Source of the DNA: Candidatus Woesebacteria bacterium GW2011_GWB1_33_38
GTDB taxonomy: Bacteria; Patescibacteriota; Microgenomatia; UBA8517
Reading direction: 5' to 3'
Length of the DNA stretch: 64,000 nt
NCBI GenBank assembly: GCA_000990005.1
Contig: LBPF01000001.1
Coordinates: 90,315-154,314, forward strand
Part shown: positions 38,530 through 48,512 of the stretch, piece after piece
Layout: each line of letters opens with the position of its first letter
Position numbering within the stretch: position 1 is the stretch's first letter
Notes under the pieces: model-generated
Told to the model about the DNA's origin: nothing
Seen by the model: the letters and a program-made list of their open reading frames with translations, nothing else
The model's database searches: none
Position numbers and translations under genes: made by a program

Positions 38530-39810
38530 GTGAAGAAATATTTTCTAAAAGCTAAATCGTTAGTTTTATCTTCAACCGCAAAAGATACATATATCTTATT
38601 TTCTGGAAATATATTCTCGGCTTTCCTGGGTTTTGTTTTTACTCTAGTAGTCGCTCGTAGCTTGTCAGTTTCAGATTTTGGAATATTCTCTGCTGCTGTT
38701 AATTTGGTTGTTATCTTAAGTTCAATTACTGATTTAGGAATATCAACAGGAGCAGTTAATTTTGTAGCAGAGAATGAAGCGAAGGGTGATAAAGATTTAG
38801 TAAATAAATACATAAAAGCCTCTACCGTTTTACGATTTGAAGCTACACTAATAGCATCTTTATTGGTAATCTTTTTTGCAAAATATGTAGCTAACACATT
38901 TTTAATTACTGACAAGGTAAATGTTGCTATTTTGACATCATTAGTTTCCCTATCTCTTGCTTTACCTATGATATTTCCTTTTATTCTTCAAGCAAAGAAA
39001 AAATTTGTTTCCTCAATAATTTCTGATAATTCATTGTATTTAACAAGGCTGGTCTTTACTTTTGGATTTATGTTTTTGGCTAAAGTCACAATTGAAAATT
39101 CATTGCTAGCATTTATTATAGGTGGAGTTGTGGGAACTATTGTCAGTGTGTTTTTAATAAAGCCAGATTTCTTAAAATCTAAACCTGAAAAAGAAGTTTA
39201 TACTAAAATCATTAAATTTTCAGGCTGGATTGGTGTTAATAGAATTATCTCTTCAATTTCAGGTAGGTTAGATATCCAAATGCTTGCAGTTCTAGCTGGT
39301 GCTACTGCAACTGGACTTTATTCAATCCCATCAAGACTTGCAGGTTTTGTTGTAGTGTTAACATCCAGTCTCTCGGGTGTGTTTGCCTCAAGGCTTGCAA
39401 GTTTTGGAAATAAAGAAGAAGAAAAAAAATACATTGTAAAAGCAACACTTTCACTTCTGCCAATAGTAGCCGGGCTTATACTTTGGATAATTGTTGCTAA
39501 ACCTTTTATCTTAGTCCTTTTTGGAGAGAATTATTTTGATTCAATACCTGTATTTAAGGCTTTAGTTGCCGCAATGATTCCGTTTATTTTTACTGCACCT
39601 TCAGTTTCGGCCATTATATATGGCATGAAGAAAAACGTTTACATAGGTGCTTTTAGTTTTTTTCAATTAGCTGCTATATTTTTACTTAATCTTGTCTTTA
39701 TTCCTAAATATGGTGCCATCGGCCCGACAATTACTTTTGGTATAACTAACACAATTTTAGCAATTTATACTTGGATTATTGTAATCAACAATTATTGGAT
39801 TAAAAAATGA
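38530..39810 (+). CDS. oligosaccharide flippase (Wzx-type, MOP superfamily)
   Basis: 12-TM protein with a Wzx-like N-terminus (LVLSSTAKDTYILFSGNIFSAFLGFVFTLVVARSLSVSDFGIFSAAVNL). Appears to start with GTG. Confidence 0.7.
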   Translation: MKKYFLKAKSLVLSSTAKDTYILFSGNIFSAFLGFVFTLVVARSLSVSDFGIFSAAVNLVVILSSITDLGISTGAVNFVAENEAKGDKDLVNKYIKASTVLRFEATLIASLLVIFFAKYVANTFLITDKVNVAILTSLVSLSLALPMIFPFILQAKKKFVSSIISDNSLYLTRLVFTFGFMFLAKVTIENSLLAFIIGGVVGTIVSVFLIKPDFLKSKPEKEVYTKIIKFSGWIGVNRIISSISGRLDIQMLAVLAGATATGLYSIPSRLAGFVVVLTSSLSGVFASRLASFGNKEEEKKYIVKATLSLLPIVAGLILWIIVAKPFILVLFGENYFDSIPVFKALVAAMIPFIFTAPSVSAIIYGMKKNVYIGAFSFFQLAAIFLLNLVFIPKYGAIGPTITFGITNTILAIYTWIIVINNYWIKK

Positions 39811-40646
39811 CAATATATGCACATACACTTTTCAAAAATGAAGAACGCTTTCTTTGGTATTCTGTTAATTCTGTTATAAATTATGTTGATAAACTATTTC
39901 TTTGGGATACAGGTTCAACTGATAGATCTTGGGACATCGCCTCTCTTTTAAAGAAAAAATATAAAGATAAAATAGATTTAAGACAATATGGTGAAGTAAC
40001 AACTGAAACTTTTCCTATAGCCAGGCAAGAAATGTTAAATGAAACAGATGCTGATTGGTTCATTGTATTAGATGCAGACGAGATATATTGGCAGGATTCG
40101 ATACAAAAAGTAGTTAAATGTATAACAAGTAATACAAGTATTACAGGTTTTGAAACGATTATTGTTCCTACAATTAATTTAGTGGGGGACATTTATCATT
40201 ATCAGGAAAAAGAAGCTGGTAAATATCAATTTGGTGAACTTAAAGGCCATTATAATTTGAGGGCAATTAAAAGAAACATTAATGGTTTACATTCTAAAGG
40301 TGTACATGGTGTATGGGGATGGGCAGATCAAGAAGGAAAACAGATTCAAGAAAGAAATACTTATAAATTTGTTGATGCACCCTATTTACATGCAACCCAT
40401 TTACCTAGGGGGGAAGGTAGAGTAGACGATAAAAAAGTTCCCAAAAGATCTAAAAAATTAAAATATGAAATAGGCGAAAGATTTCCGTTAGATTTTTACT
40501 ATCCAGAAGTTTTTTTTGAAGATAAACCTGATTTTATAATTTCTCCGTGGATGCCTATGACTATTGACTATAAGCTGATGGCATTTGTACAAACGCCATT
40601 TAGAAAAATAAAAAGGAGGTTTATCAAAAATGGAGTGGGGTATTAA
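39807..40646 (+). CDS. putative GT-A fold glycosyltransferase (GT2-like)
   Basis: TLFKNEERFL...WDTGSTDRS...FIVLDADE (DxD motif). Confidence 0.5.
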   Translation: MTIYAHTLFKNEERFLWYSVNSVINYVDKLFLWDTGSTDRSWDIASLLKKKYKDKIDLRQYGEVTTETFPIARQEMLNETDADWFIVLDADEIYWQDSIQKVVKCITSNTSITGFETIIVPTINLVGDIYHYQEKEAGKYQFGELKGHYNLRAIKRNINGLHSKGVHGVWGWADQEGKQIQERNTYKFVDAPYLHATHLPRGEGRVDDKKVPKRSKKLKYEIGERFPLDFYYPEVFFEDKPDFIISPWMPMTIDYKLMAFVQTPFRKIKRRFIKNGVGY

Positions 40647-41847
40647 TTTTACTGCCTGGCCTGAAATGATAGCCTGGCCGTATCTAATATTACAGGGATG
40701 GCTTCCGTATCGAGATATTGCTATAGCTCATAATCCACTACTACTGTTAGATCTAGTAGTCTTTTTTAAACTTTTTGGAGTTGGAATACTTCAACTAAAG
40801 ATTTATACCTGGGTTTTAATTTCCATTAATATTTATATAACCTATTTTGTTGCAAATAAATTTTGGAGTAAGAATGTCGCTTTTGCGTCTGCCGCTATCT
40901 ACTTACTTTTAACTGTTGTATATGAAGGCAATGGTCTCTGGTTTGATCTTGCTTTAGTTCCATTTGTTTTATTACTTTATTTGTTTATTCGCCAGAAAAA
41001 ATATTTATTTGCTGGAATTATTTTTGCATTAGGATTTTTAACGAAACAGACATTTATTTATTTTTTGATACCTGTTCTTTTATCTAACATAAATATCAAA
41101 AAGTTTTTGCTTGGAGTAACTTCTATCTTTGGAATTTTTACTTTATATCTTTTTACTAATAACTTAATACTTTATTATTACGATTGGGCTATTAAATTTG
41201 GAATTTTTTATCTCCCCAATGCTGTAGGTCAGGTACAATTACCGACTCTTAGGCAATTTTTATTTTCCGTGTTTCCATTTTTAATTTTTACTTTAAATTT
41301 TGATTTTTTACTTTTAACTTTTGCATTTGTAGGAGTTTTGGGAGTATACCCTAGGTGGGAACTGTTTCATTTTCAACCGGCTCTGCCATTTATTGCAATT
41401 GCTGTTGCTATTTTTTTATTTTCTAAAAGTAGAAATATAGTTAAGATCGTTTTTCTGATTTTTATATTTTGCTTTGCCTTTGTTGGTTTAAAAAGACAAA
41501 TTGGAAATAACACACGTTTTTATGAACCTGAAGTAATAAAAATAACTGAAGAGATAATAAAGTTAAGAACTGAAGAAATATATATTATTAATTACTGGGA
41601 CAATATCTATGCATTTACAAATACAATTCCTTCAACTAAACCTTTAATTCCATATATACCTTGGTATTTATCATATGATAACAGTAAGGATTTAATTTTA
41701 AACGACTTAAAATCAGAAATGTCAGAAGCGATAATGGTTAATGAAAAAGATAAACTTGAATTTTTGGAATTAAAAGATTTTATTGATATGTTTTATTCAT
41801 GTGAGAATAAATTTAAACAAGTTGAATTGTGTATAAAAAACAAATGA
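40630..41847 (+). CDS. polytopic membrane protein (possible GT-C/polymerase-like); function unknown
   Basis: About 10 TM helices and no recognisable soluble catalytic domain. Confidence 0.4.
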   Translation: MEWGINFTAWPEMIAWPYLILQGWLPYRDIAIAHNPLLLLDLVVFFKLFGVGILQLKIYTWVLISINIYITYFVANKFWSKNVAFASAAIYLLLTVVYEGNGLWFDLALVPFVLLLYLFIRQKKYLFAGIIFALGFLTKQTFIYFLIPVLLSNINIKKFLLGVTSIFGIFTLYLFTNNLILYYYDWAIKFGIFYLPNAVGQVQLPTLRQFLFSVFPFLIFTLNFDFLLLTFAFVGVLGVYPRWELFHFQPALPFIAIAVAIFLFSKSRNIVKIVFLIFIFCFAFVGLKRQIGNNTRFYEPEVIKITEEIIKLRTEEIYIINYWDNIYAFTNTIPSTKPLIPYIPWYLSYDNSKDLILNDLKSEMSEAIMVNEKDKLEFLELKDFIDMFYSCENKFKQVELCIKNK

Positions 41848-42926
41848 AAAAGATTGGTATTCTATCATTTTATGGAGGTATCATTAACCGTGGAGTCGAA
41901 ATTTTAGTACATAGACTATCTAATGAGATTGTTGATCACGGGTACGACGTAACTGTTTATCAAATTGGACCAAGATTAATAGATGCTAAATATAAAACAG
42001 TATCACTGTTTTCAAACGTGGATTGGAACCAAAAGAGTTCAAATGTTGCTTTTTTAAATCATTACAGTCTCAAAATAATGGAGTTTACCTTACAGGTATT
42101 GAAAATCATTGATAAAAAGACAGATATTGTTTTTCCAACCAATGGCCAGTGGCAAAGTGTGCTGTGTAGTATTTGGGCAAAAATTAAAAGAAAGAAAGTA
42201 ATCATATCTGGTTTTTCAGGTATCGGCTTTGATGATAGAGTCAATCTCTATACCTTTCCTGATCGGTTCATACCAATGTCAACAAAAGCATTGGAAAAAT
42301 CAAGAAAGATCAACCCGTTTGTTAAGTTGGTAAAAATTCCTGGAGGGGTTGATTTAAATAAATTTAAAAAAGCTTTAAATAATAAAAATGATATTCAAAA
42401 GACGGTTCTTTCAGTGGGTGCATTTACTGATCAGAAAAGACATGATTTAGTCATAAATGCTGTTTCAAAACTCAATAATGTTAATTTAATAATTGCGGGG
42501 GGTGGAGGAAATAAAAAGAAAGAAATTAAAGAACTTGGTGAAAGACTATTAGATAATAGGTTTAAAGTTGTTGAGATAGCACATGATAAGATGCCTGACA
42601 TTTACAACCTAGCTGATGTTTTCACCTTGGCCTCTGAGCCCTCTGAGGCCTTTGGTATGGTATTAATTGAAGCAATGGCTTGTGGATTGCCAGTTGTAGC
42701 TACAGATGATCCAATTCGACGCGAAATAGTAGGCAATGCGGGATTGTTTGTAGATCCGACAAATATTGATTTATACGCAGAAAAGATCAAGGAAGCTTTA
42801 AATATTGATTGGGGAGATAAGCAAAGCTTGGCCAAGCTAGGGCTTGGTAAACCAAGAAAACAGGCTGAAAAGTTTAGTTGGGATATAATAGCGTCAGAAT
42901 ATGAAAAATTATTTAAAACTTTATGA
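41829..42926 (+). CDS. GT4 family glycosyltransferase
   Basis: SEPSEAFGMVLIEAMACGLPVVATD. Confidence 0.8.
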   Translation: MYKKQMKKIGILSFYGGIINRGVEILVHRLSNEIVDHGYDVTVYQIGPRLIDAKYKTVSLFSNVDWNQKSSNVAFLNHYSLKIMEFTLQVLKIIDKKTDIVFPTNGQWQSVLCSIWAKIKRKKVIISGFSGIGFDDRVNLYTFPDRFIPMSTKALEKSRKINPFVKLVKIPGGVDLNKFKKALNNKNDIQKTVLSVGAFTDQKRHDLVINAVSKLNNVNLIIAGGGGNKKKEIKELGERLLDNRFKVVEIAHDKMPDIYNLADVFTLASEPSEAFGMVLIEAMACGLPVVATDDPIRREIVGNAGLFVDPTNIDLYAEKIKEALNIDWGDKQSLAKLGLGKPRKQAEKFSWDIIASEYEKLFKTL

Positions 42927-43765
42927 TTAGCGTAATTATCCCCACATACAATGAAGAAGATGTAATTAGTGATTGTTTATTATCACTATCTAAACAGTCA
43001 TTTAAAGACTTTGAAGTAATTGTTGTTGATGACGGAAGTGTTGATAATTCAAAAATAAAAATTCAAAACTCAAAAATACAATTTAAAAATCTAAAATTAA
43101 TCCTTTTAGGACAAGACCATAAAGGAGCGGGAAACGCTAGGAATTTGGGGGCAAAACATGCAAATGGAGATATTTTGGTTTTTGTTGATGCTGACATGAC
43201 TTTTGACAAAAACTTTATAAAAATGCTTGCTAAGCCAATAATTACGGGCAAATTAAAAGGTGTGTTTTCCAAAGAAGAGCACGTTAGTAACTGGAGCAAT
43301 GTTTGGTCAAGGTGCTGGAATATAAACGAAGGTTGGGAGGATAAAAAAAGACACCCTAAAAAATATCCAGATTACCAACCTGTTTTTAGAGCAATATTAA
43401 AGTCAGAATTTAATAAAGTCGGTGGTTTTACTCCTGGAGGATATGATGATGATTGGAGTTTATCTAAAAAATTAGGCTACGAAGCATTTTTTTCGCCGAA
43501 GGCGGTGTTTTTTCATAAAAATCCTGAAGGCTTAAAAGAAATATTTAATCATGCCAAATGGGTGGGGAAAAGGCAGTATAAGTTAGGACTATTGGGTTAC
43601 TTGATAGGTTTAATTAGGAGTTCTTTCCCGGTCTCACTATTTATTGGCTTCGTTAAATCTGTATTAAGTTTTAATTTTTATTTTTTAATTTTCAAATTGG
43701 TGTATGACTTTGGAATTTTTGTGGGAATAATTAATTTTATGTTTACCAAAAAAGGTGCAAAATGA
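42923..43765 (+). CDS. GT2 family glycosyltransferase
   Basis: ISVIIPTYNEEDVISDCLLSL...VIVVDDGSVDNS...VFVDADM. Confidence 0.8.
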   Translation: MISVIIPTYNEEDVISDCLLSLSKQSFKDFEVIVVDDGSVDNSKIKIQNSKIQFKNLKLILLGQDHKGAGNARNLGAKHANGDILVFVDADMTFDKNFIKMLAKPIITGKLKGVFSKEEHVSNWSNVWSRCWNINEGWEDKKRHPKKYPDYQPVFRAILKSEFNKVGGFTPGGYDDDWSLSKKLGYEAFFSPKAVFFHKNPEGLKEIFNHAKWVGKRQYKLGLLGYLIGLIRSSFPVSLFIGFVKSVLSFNFYFLIFKLVYDFGIFVGIINFMFTKKGAK

Positions 43766-45057
43766 TATTCTCTGTTTTATTTTTTGGAACCATAGTTAGA
43801 CTGATATCTATCAACCAGTCGTTGTGGTTAGATGAAGCTACAACTGCTATAGCGTCACAATTAAGCTTGTCTGATTTTTTTACACATTTTATGTCAGGGG
43901 ATTTTCATCCACCTCTTTATTATTTAGTAATTCATTATTGGACTTTAGTTTTTGGATATTCTGAAATTGCATTAAGGTTTCCATCTGTAATTTTTGGATT
44001 ATTAACTATCTACTTGGTTTATTTAATTGCCAGAGAGATCAAAGTTAAATGGCCAATTATCGCCCCTCTATTTTTAGCAACATCTGGACTTCACATTTAC
44101 TATTCCCAAGAAGCTAGGATGTATTCAATGGCTACATTTTTAGTTACCTTAACAGTTTATTTGTTTTTGAAACAAAAATGGTTATTATTTGCCTTAACTT
44201 TACCGTTGATCTTTTTGACAGACTATTTGTCAATTTTAATTCTCCCAGCCCTAATTACTTATTCGTATTTTTATGATAAAAGAATATTAAAAAATATGTT
44301 TTTTTCTACAACACCTCTTTTAATTACTTTTATAATTTGGTTTCCAACATTTTTTAAACAACTGACACATGGAATGTTGGTCAAAGAAAATGCAAATAAT
44401 TGGTGGAATATATTAGGTCCTGTTACTTTTAAAAACGTTGCATTAATTCCTACAAAATTTATGATTGGTAGGGTAAGTATTGAGAGTCAAACAATCTACT
44501 TAAGTGTAATCATTACGCTTGGCTTTATTTTTGCCCTAGCTTTATCAAAAGCAAAAAACAAACTAGTTTGGTCATGGTTTCTTGTAAGTTTAATTGTTGG
44601 TGTTTTAATATCATTTTTTATTCCGACCTTAACTTATTTTAGATACTTATTTATTCTGCCCGCCTTTTACTTGCTTCTGTCTGAAACAGCAGGCAAGATT
44701 TTAATTGCATTGATAATAGCAATAAATCTGTTAACTTCTAGTTTCTATCTTCTAAATTCTAAATTTCATCGTGAAGATTGGAGAAGTGTAGCCAAAGAAA
44801 TTGGTGATCAAAAAATTGTTTTTCCTAACGATTCACAAAAAGAAGCACTAATATACTATGGAAAAGAAGAAAATATTATTTCTGTCCAAGAGCTAAAGAC
44901 AATTAGCAATGAGCCTGTCTGGCTATCTCGCTATGTTTGGGAAATATTTGACCCCACAGATTCTACCCGTCTTCGATTAATTGATAGGGGATATAATATG
45001 ATCGAGGAAAAAAGATATAATGGAGTAGTGATTCAAAAATATGAAAGTCGCAATTGA
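43762..45057 (+). CDS. GT-C superfamily glycosyltransferase (ArnT/PMT_2-like)
   Basis: First loop LWLDEATTAIASQLS (DE motif). Multi-TM. Confidence 0.7.
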   Translation: MIFSVLFFGTIVRLISINQSLWLDEATTAIASQLSLSDFFTHFMSGDFHPPLYYLVIHYWTLVFGYSEIALRFPSVIFGLLTIYLVYLIAREIKVKWPIIAPLFLATSGLHIYYSQEARMYSMATFLVTLTVYLFLKQKWLLFALTLPLIFLTDYLSILILPALITYSYFYDKRILKNMFFSTTPLLITFIIWFPTFFKQLTHGMLVKENANNWWNILGPVTFKNVALIPTKFMIGRVSIESQTIYLSVIITLGFIFALALSKAKNKLVWSWFLVSLIVGVLISFFIPTLTYFRYLFILPAFYLLLSETAGKILIALIIAINLLTSSFYLLNSKFHREDWRSVAKEIGDQKIVFPNDSQKEALIYYGKEENIISVQELKTISNEPVWLSRYVWEIFDPTDSTRLRLIDRGYNMIEEKRYNGVVIQKYESRN

Positions 45058-46111
45058 TTTGTCACCAATAATATATGGAACAGGAGTTTCCCATTACAGG
45101 GAAAATCTGGTTCGTAATTTACTAAAGATTGATTCTAAAAACGATTATTTGCTATATGGTGGATCGTTTAGAAGATACAAGGAATTAGGGGTTAAAATTC
45201 AGGAATTAGGTAAGTCAGAAAACAAGATTTTTCCGATACCGCCGACACTTGCTGATATTCTATGGAATAAATTACACATTCTTCCTATTGAAAAATTGAT
45301 TGGTAAGGTGGATTTAATTCACACCTCTGATTGGGCTGAACCACCTTCCATTTTTCCTAAAGTAACCACAATTCATGATTTGACGCCGATAAAATTTCCT
45401 AAAATCACCCCCAAAATTATAGTGGAGACTCACAAGGAAAGGTTAAAATGGGTTAACAAAGAGTCCAAACGAATAATTGTACCAAGCAACACCACAAAAC
45501 AAGACCTTGTTGAATTGGGATTTGATGAAAATCTAATAACAGTTATATATGAAGCACCTAATTTTTCTAAAGCTTTAGACTCCGAAGTCGAAAGGGTAAG
45601 GGTTAAATTTGATATTCATAGCGATTATATTATTACGATTGGTACTAATCCTAGAAAAAATATAGAAAGACTTATAAATGGATATCATCTTTCAAAGGCT
45701 GGGAAAAATATAAAACTATTAATCGTAGGAGAAAGAAAAGGTGTTAAACATGAGGATCAAAGAGGTGTCAGATTTCTAGGATTTATTCCAGATAGCGATT
45801 TAGAACCACTTTTAACTGGATCAAGGCTTTTAGTTTTCCCATCAATTTATGAAGGATTAGGTGTTCCAATTTTAGACGGCTTTAACTGCGAAGTGCCTGT
45901 TGTTACTTCAAATTTAGGGAGTATGAAAGAGGTTTCAGGCGATGCTTCAGTTTTAGTTGATCCATATGATGTCAACTCAATATCGGAGGGTATTACAAAG
46001 GCTCTAGAGACACCAAAGACATTAATTGCCAAGGGTCTAAGACGTGTTGCCGATTTCTCCTGGACCAAATGTGCAGAAGAAACTTTAGAAGTTTATAATG
46101 AATTTAAATGA
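45041..46111 (+). CDS. GT4 family glycosyltransferase
   Basis: PSIYEGLGVPILDGFNCEVPVVTS. Confidence 0.8.
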   Translation: MKVAIDLSPIIYGTGVSHYRENLVRNLLKIDSKNDYLLYGGSFRRYKELGVKIQELGKSENKIFPIPPTLADILWNKLHILPIEKLIGKVDLIHTSDWAEPPSIFPKVTTIHDLTPIKFPKITPKIIVETHKERLKWVNKESKRIIVPSNTTKQDLVELGFDENLITVIYEAPNFSKALDSEVERVRVKFDIHSDYIITIGTNPRKNIERLINGYHLSKAGKNIKLLIVGERKGVKHEDQRGVRFLGFIPDSDLEPLLTGSRLLVFPSIYEGLGVPILDGFNCEVPVVTSNLGSMKEVSGDASVLVDPYDVNSISEGITKALETPKTLIAKGLRRVADFSWTKCAEETLEVYNEFK

Positions 46112-46566
46112 ATAATATAATAATAAAAAAAGCCGCAATTGATGATATGAATAAAATTTGGGAATTAGGTTCAAATGTAAATGAATTCCAGGTTAGTGAT
46201 GAAGTAGCGACTTTTTGGCCAAAGGAAATTTTAGAGAAATGTATTACAGATGGATCAATATTTGTGGCAAAAGACGAAGGTGTAATTGTTGGTTTTGTAA
46301 TTTCAAATTATAACCCGATCTTTAAAAAGGCGATCATTGAAAATATATTTGTTGACCCTGGATTTAGAGGGAAAGGTGTTGCTAAAAAATTATTAGCTAG
46401 TTTGTTGTCTAATTTAAGAACTAAAGGATGTGGATATGCTTGCGCACTAATTGAAAAGACAGATATCTCTGGAATTAATTTTTATATTAAGAACAGTTTT
46501 AATAAGGGTATAAATTGTGTGTGGATGGACCAAATTTTAAAAAGTAATTTTAAGAAAAACACTTAG
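46108..46566 (+). CDS. GNAT family N-acetyltransferase
   Basis: Motif A FVDPGFRGKGVAKKLL. Confidence 0.8.
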   Translation: MNNIIIKKAAIDDMNKIWELGSNVNEFQVSDEVATFWPKEILEKCITDGSIFVAKDEGVIVGFVISNYNPIFKKAIIENIFVDPGFRGKGVAKKLLASLLSNLRTKGCGYACALIEKTDISGINFYIKNSFNKGINCVWMDQILKSNFKKNT

Positions 46567-46698
46567 GCGAAGGCGGGGGACTGTCGAATTTGATCAATAA
46601 CTTTTCCATGACTATCAGACCTTAGTTGCTGTGCCTCAATTCTTCGATCAATCGTGTCAAGTTGCTTTTGAATATCGCCCACGTTTTCCTGACTTTCT
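46563..46698 (-). pseudogene. 3' fragment of a small coiled-coil gene split by IS insertion
   Basis: The minus-strand frame continues from the 39-bp repeat to encode ...ENVGDIQKQLDTIDRRIEAQQLRSDSHGKVIDQIRQSPAFA*. The same peptide prefix is encoded upstream of the IS at 48277-48461. Confidence 0.6.
46660..46698. repeat. 39-bp direct repeat (target-site duplication), copy 1: aatcgtgtcaagttgcttttgaatatcgcccacgttttc
   Basis: Identical 39-mer at 48277-48315. The two copies immediately flank the IS. Confidence 0.8.
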
Positions 46699-48276
46699 CC
46701 TTTTAGTACGCAATTAGTATTTGAGTTTTGTTATTAATTCTTCAGTTTCTTTATTTTTTTGCCTTTTGGTGGTTATTTCACCTGTTATTGTATTTAAAAG
46801 TCTAACATCAGGAACAGACATAATTATGTCTTTAATTTCTCTTATGGACTTCTTATTTTTAAGTTCAATTGATTTAATGAGGCAAAGACTTAGAAAAACT
46901 ATTAAGATATGAGCTTTTATGCTTTCTTTTTTGTAGTGAAATACTGGTCTTGCTAAAAGATCTGATTTTGCAATTCTAAATGCTTTTTCAACATGCCAGA
47001 GGTCTTTATATCTTGAAATAATTAAGCTTGGTTCTTGATTTTTGAGGTTTGTATAATATCCTTTGATTCCTTCTAAAAGTTCATCTTTAAAAATGAGTTC
47101 TTGATTTAAAACTGGTTTTAATTTTGAAGTTTCTTTTACAAATCTTGATCTTTTTGAATATTTGCTATTTGAATTAATTTGATTTAATGCTTTTTGTATT
47201 TGTTTTTTCCTATCTGATCTATTTTTGTTTGCTCTTTTAACTGAATAGTCACAAAGGAGTATTCCTTTGTCTGTTTCTACTTGAAAAAAGATTCCCTCTG
47301 TTTTGTTTAAGGTATTTGAAAGCTCCTTAGTTAGTTTTAAAGGTAGGCTTGATATTCTTGCACCAACTATGTATTTTATGTCTTTTTGTACTAATTTTTG
47401 GATGTTATCAAATGAAAGCATCCCAGCATCTGCAACAATTGTTAAATTTTCTATTCCATGTTTTTTCTTGAAATTTTCAATTGTAGGTATCATTGTATGA
47501 CCCTCAAACGTATTACCACTAAAAACATCCATGGCTATTGGGTAACCCTCTTTTGTAACAATCAAAGAAACTAAAACTTGAGGCTGATTTGGTTTATTAT
47601 CTTTTGAAAATCCAATTCTCCTAAATTCCTCTTTATCTTCTTTAAAAGTTTCAAAATATAGTGTAGTTATGTCAAAAAAAACAAGTGAAAAGTCAAAAGA
47701 GAGATATTTTTTGGCATATTCAAAAGCCAACTTTTCAGCATCATCCTTTAGCCTGTTAAATCTTAACAGTCTTTTATACAAGGTATTTTTGGTGTAATTA
47801 ATTTCAAAATATTTCTTCAAAATACCTATACTTCTTAATTTAGAGCATGGATCAATTACTCTTACAATACTTAAGTCTTTTAAAAGTGAGTCCAATAATC
47901 CTTCAAAACCATTGAGTTTGTAATACTTTTCTAAAAACTGATATGCAAAAGAATAATTTAAACCAACAAAATCCAGACTATCTAAAGAGACAATATGATT
48001 TTTCTCAAACTCAGAAAAAAGTGAACCAGTCCTCTCATATTTTCTTACAAAATCATGTGCTAAACATATCAAACCTTGGAGTTTCCCAAAATCTTTAGTA
48101 CTTCCAATGTGTTTAATCACTTTATAATCATGTCCACCAGACACAACTTGAACAGAAACACCACCAGAAGCCAACTTCACTTTTCTAACCCTCATCTACC
48201 AATTCTAAACTAGTACGCAAATTAACAACAATTTGAAGCTAAAAGATATTAATTATTGGCTATGGAGAAAGTCAGG
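46699..48276 (-). mobile_element. IS1634-family (IS4 superfamily) insertion sequence, about 1.58 kb
   Basis: Single transposase ORF. 12-13 bp perfect terminal inverted repeats CTGACTTTCTCC (46699-46710, and reverse complement of 48264-48276). Flanked by a 39-bp direct duplication. Confidence 0.75.
46714..48195 (-). CDS. IS1634-family DDE transposase
   Basis: N-terminus MRVRKVKLASGG...YKVIKHIGS is of IS1634 type. C-terminal signature YKDLWHVEKAFRIAKSDLLARP (the IS4/IS1634 Y-R-E-K region). Confidence 0.75.
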   Translation of the reverse strand: MRVRKVKLASGGVSVQVVSGGHDYKVIKHIGSTKDFGKLQGLICLAHDFVRKYERTGSLFSEFEKNHIVSLDSLDFVGLNYSFAYQFLEKYYKLNGFEGLLDSLLKDLSIVRVIDPCSKLRSIGILKKYFEINYTKNTLYKRLLRFNRLKDDAEKLAFEYAKKYLSFDFSLVFFDITTLYFETFKEDKEEFRRIGFSKDNKPNQPQVLVSLIVTKEGYPIAMDVFSGNTFEGHTMIPTIENFKKKHGIENLTIVADAGMLSFDNIQKLVQKDIKYIVGARISSLPLKLTKELSNTLNKTEGIFFQVETDKGILLCDYSVKRANKNRSDRKKQIQKALNQINSNSKYSKRSRFVKETSKLKPVLNQELIFKDELLEGIKGYYTNLKNQEPSLIISRYKDLWHVEKAFRIAKSDLLARPVFHYKKESIKAHILIVFLSLCLIKSIELKNKKSIREIKDIIMSVPDVRLLNTITGEITTKRQKNKETEELITKLKY

Positions 48277-48315
48277 AATCGTGTCAAGTTGCTTTTGAAT
48301 ATCGCCCACGTTTTC
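48277..48315. repeat. 39-bp direct repeat (target-site duplication), copy 2
   Basis: See 46660-46698. Confidence 0.8.
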
Positions 48316-48461
48316 TTTAACTTCTCCAATTTCAAGTCTAAGTTCTTGGATATCATCTTTGGTGGCCATCTTTTCATTCATGTCATCGAGCACTGGTAAA
48401 ACCAATTCGGTTATGCCCTGATTAAATAAGTCCACTATTTCTTTTTTATCTTTCTTTGTCA
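48277..48461 (-). pseudogene. 5' fragment of the IS-split small coiled-coil gene. The ORF reads through into the IS end (48253-48543 in the ORF track).
   Basis: MTKKDKKEIVDLFNQGITELVLPVLDDMNEKMATKDDIQELRLEIGEVKENVGDIQKQLDTI, then IS-derived PDFLHSQ*. A plausible sigma70-like promoter (TTGACG-17-TATTAT) lies just upstream on the minus strand. Confidence 0.55.
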
Positions 48462-48512
48462 TATCTTTATAATAATACTGACTTAAGCTGTCGTCAATGA
48501 TACAATCTAGAT

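Noticed and set aside
38517-38915. 132-aa minus-strand ORF overlapping the 5' end of the Wzx flippase gene
   Set aside because: The + strand ORF encodes a convincing 12-TM Wzx. The minus-strand ORF has no family resemblance and would leave the GT2 start (38501) unexplained.
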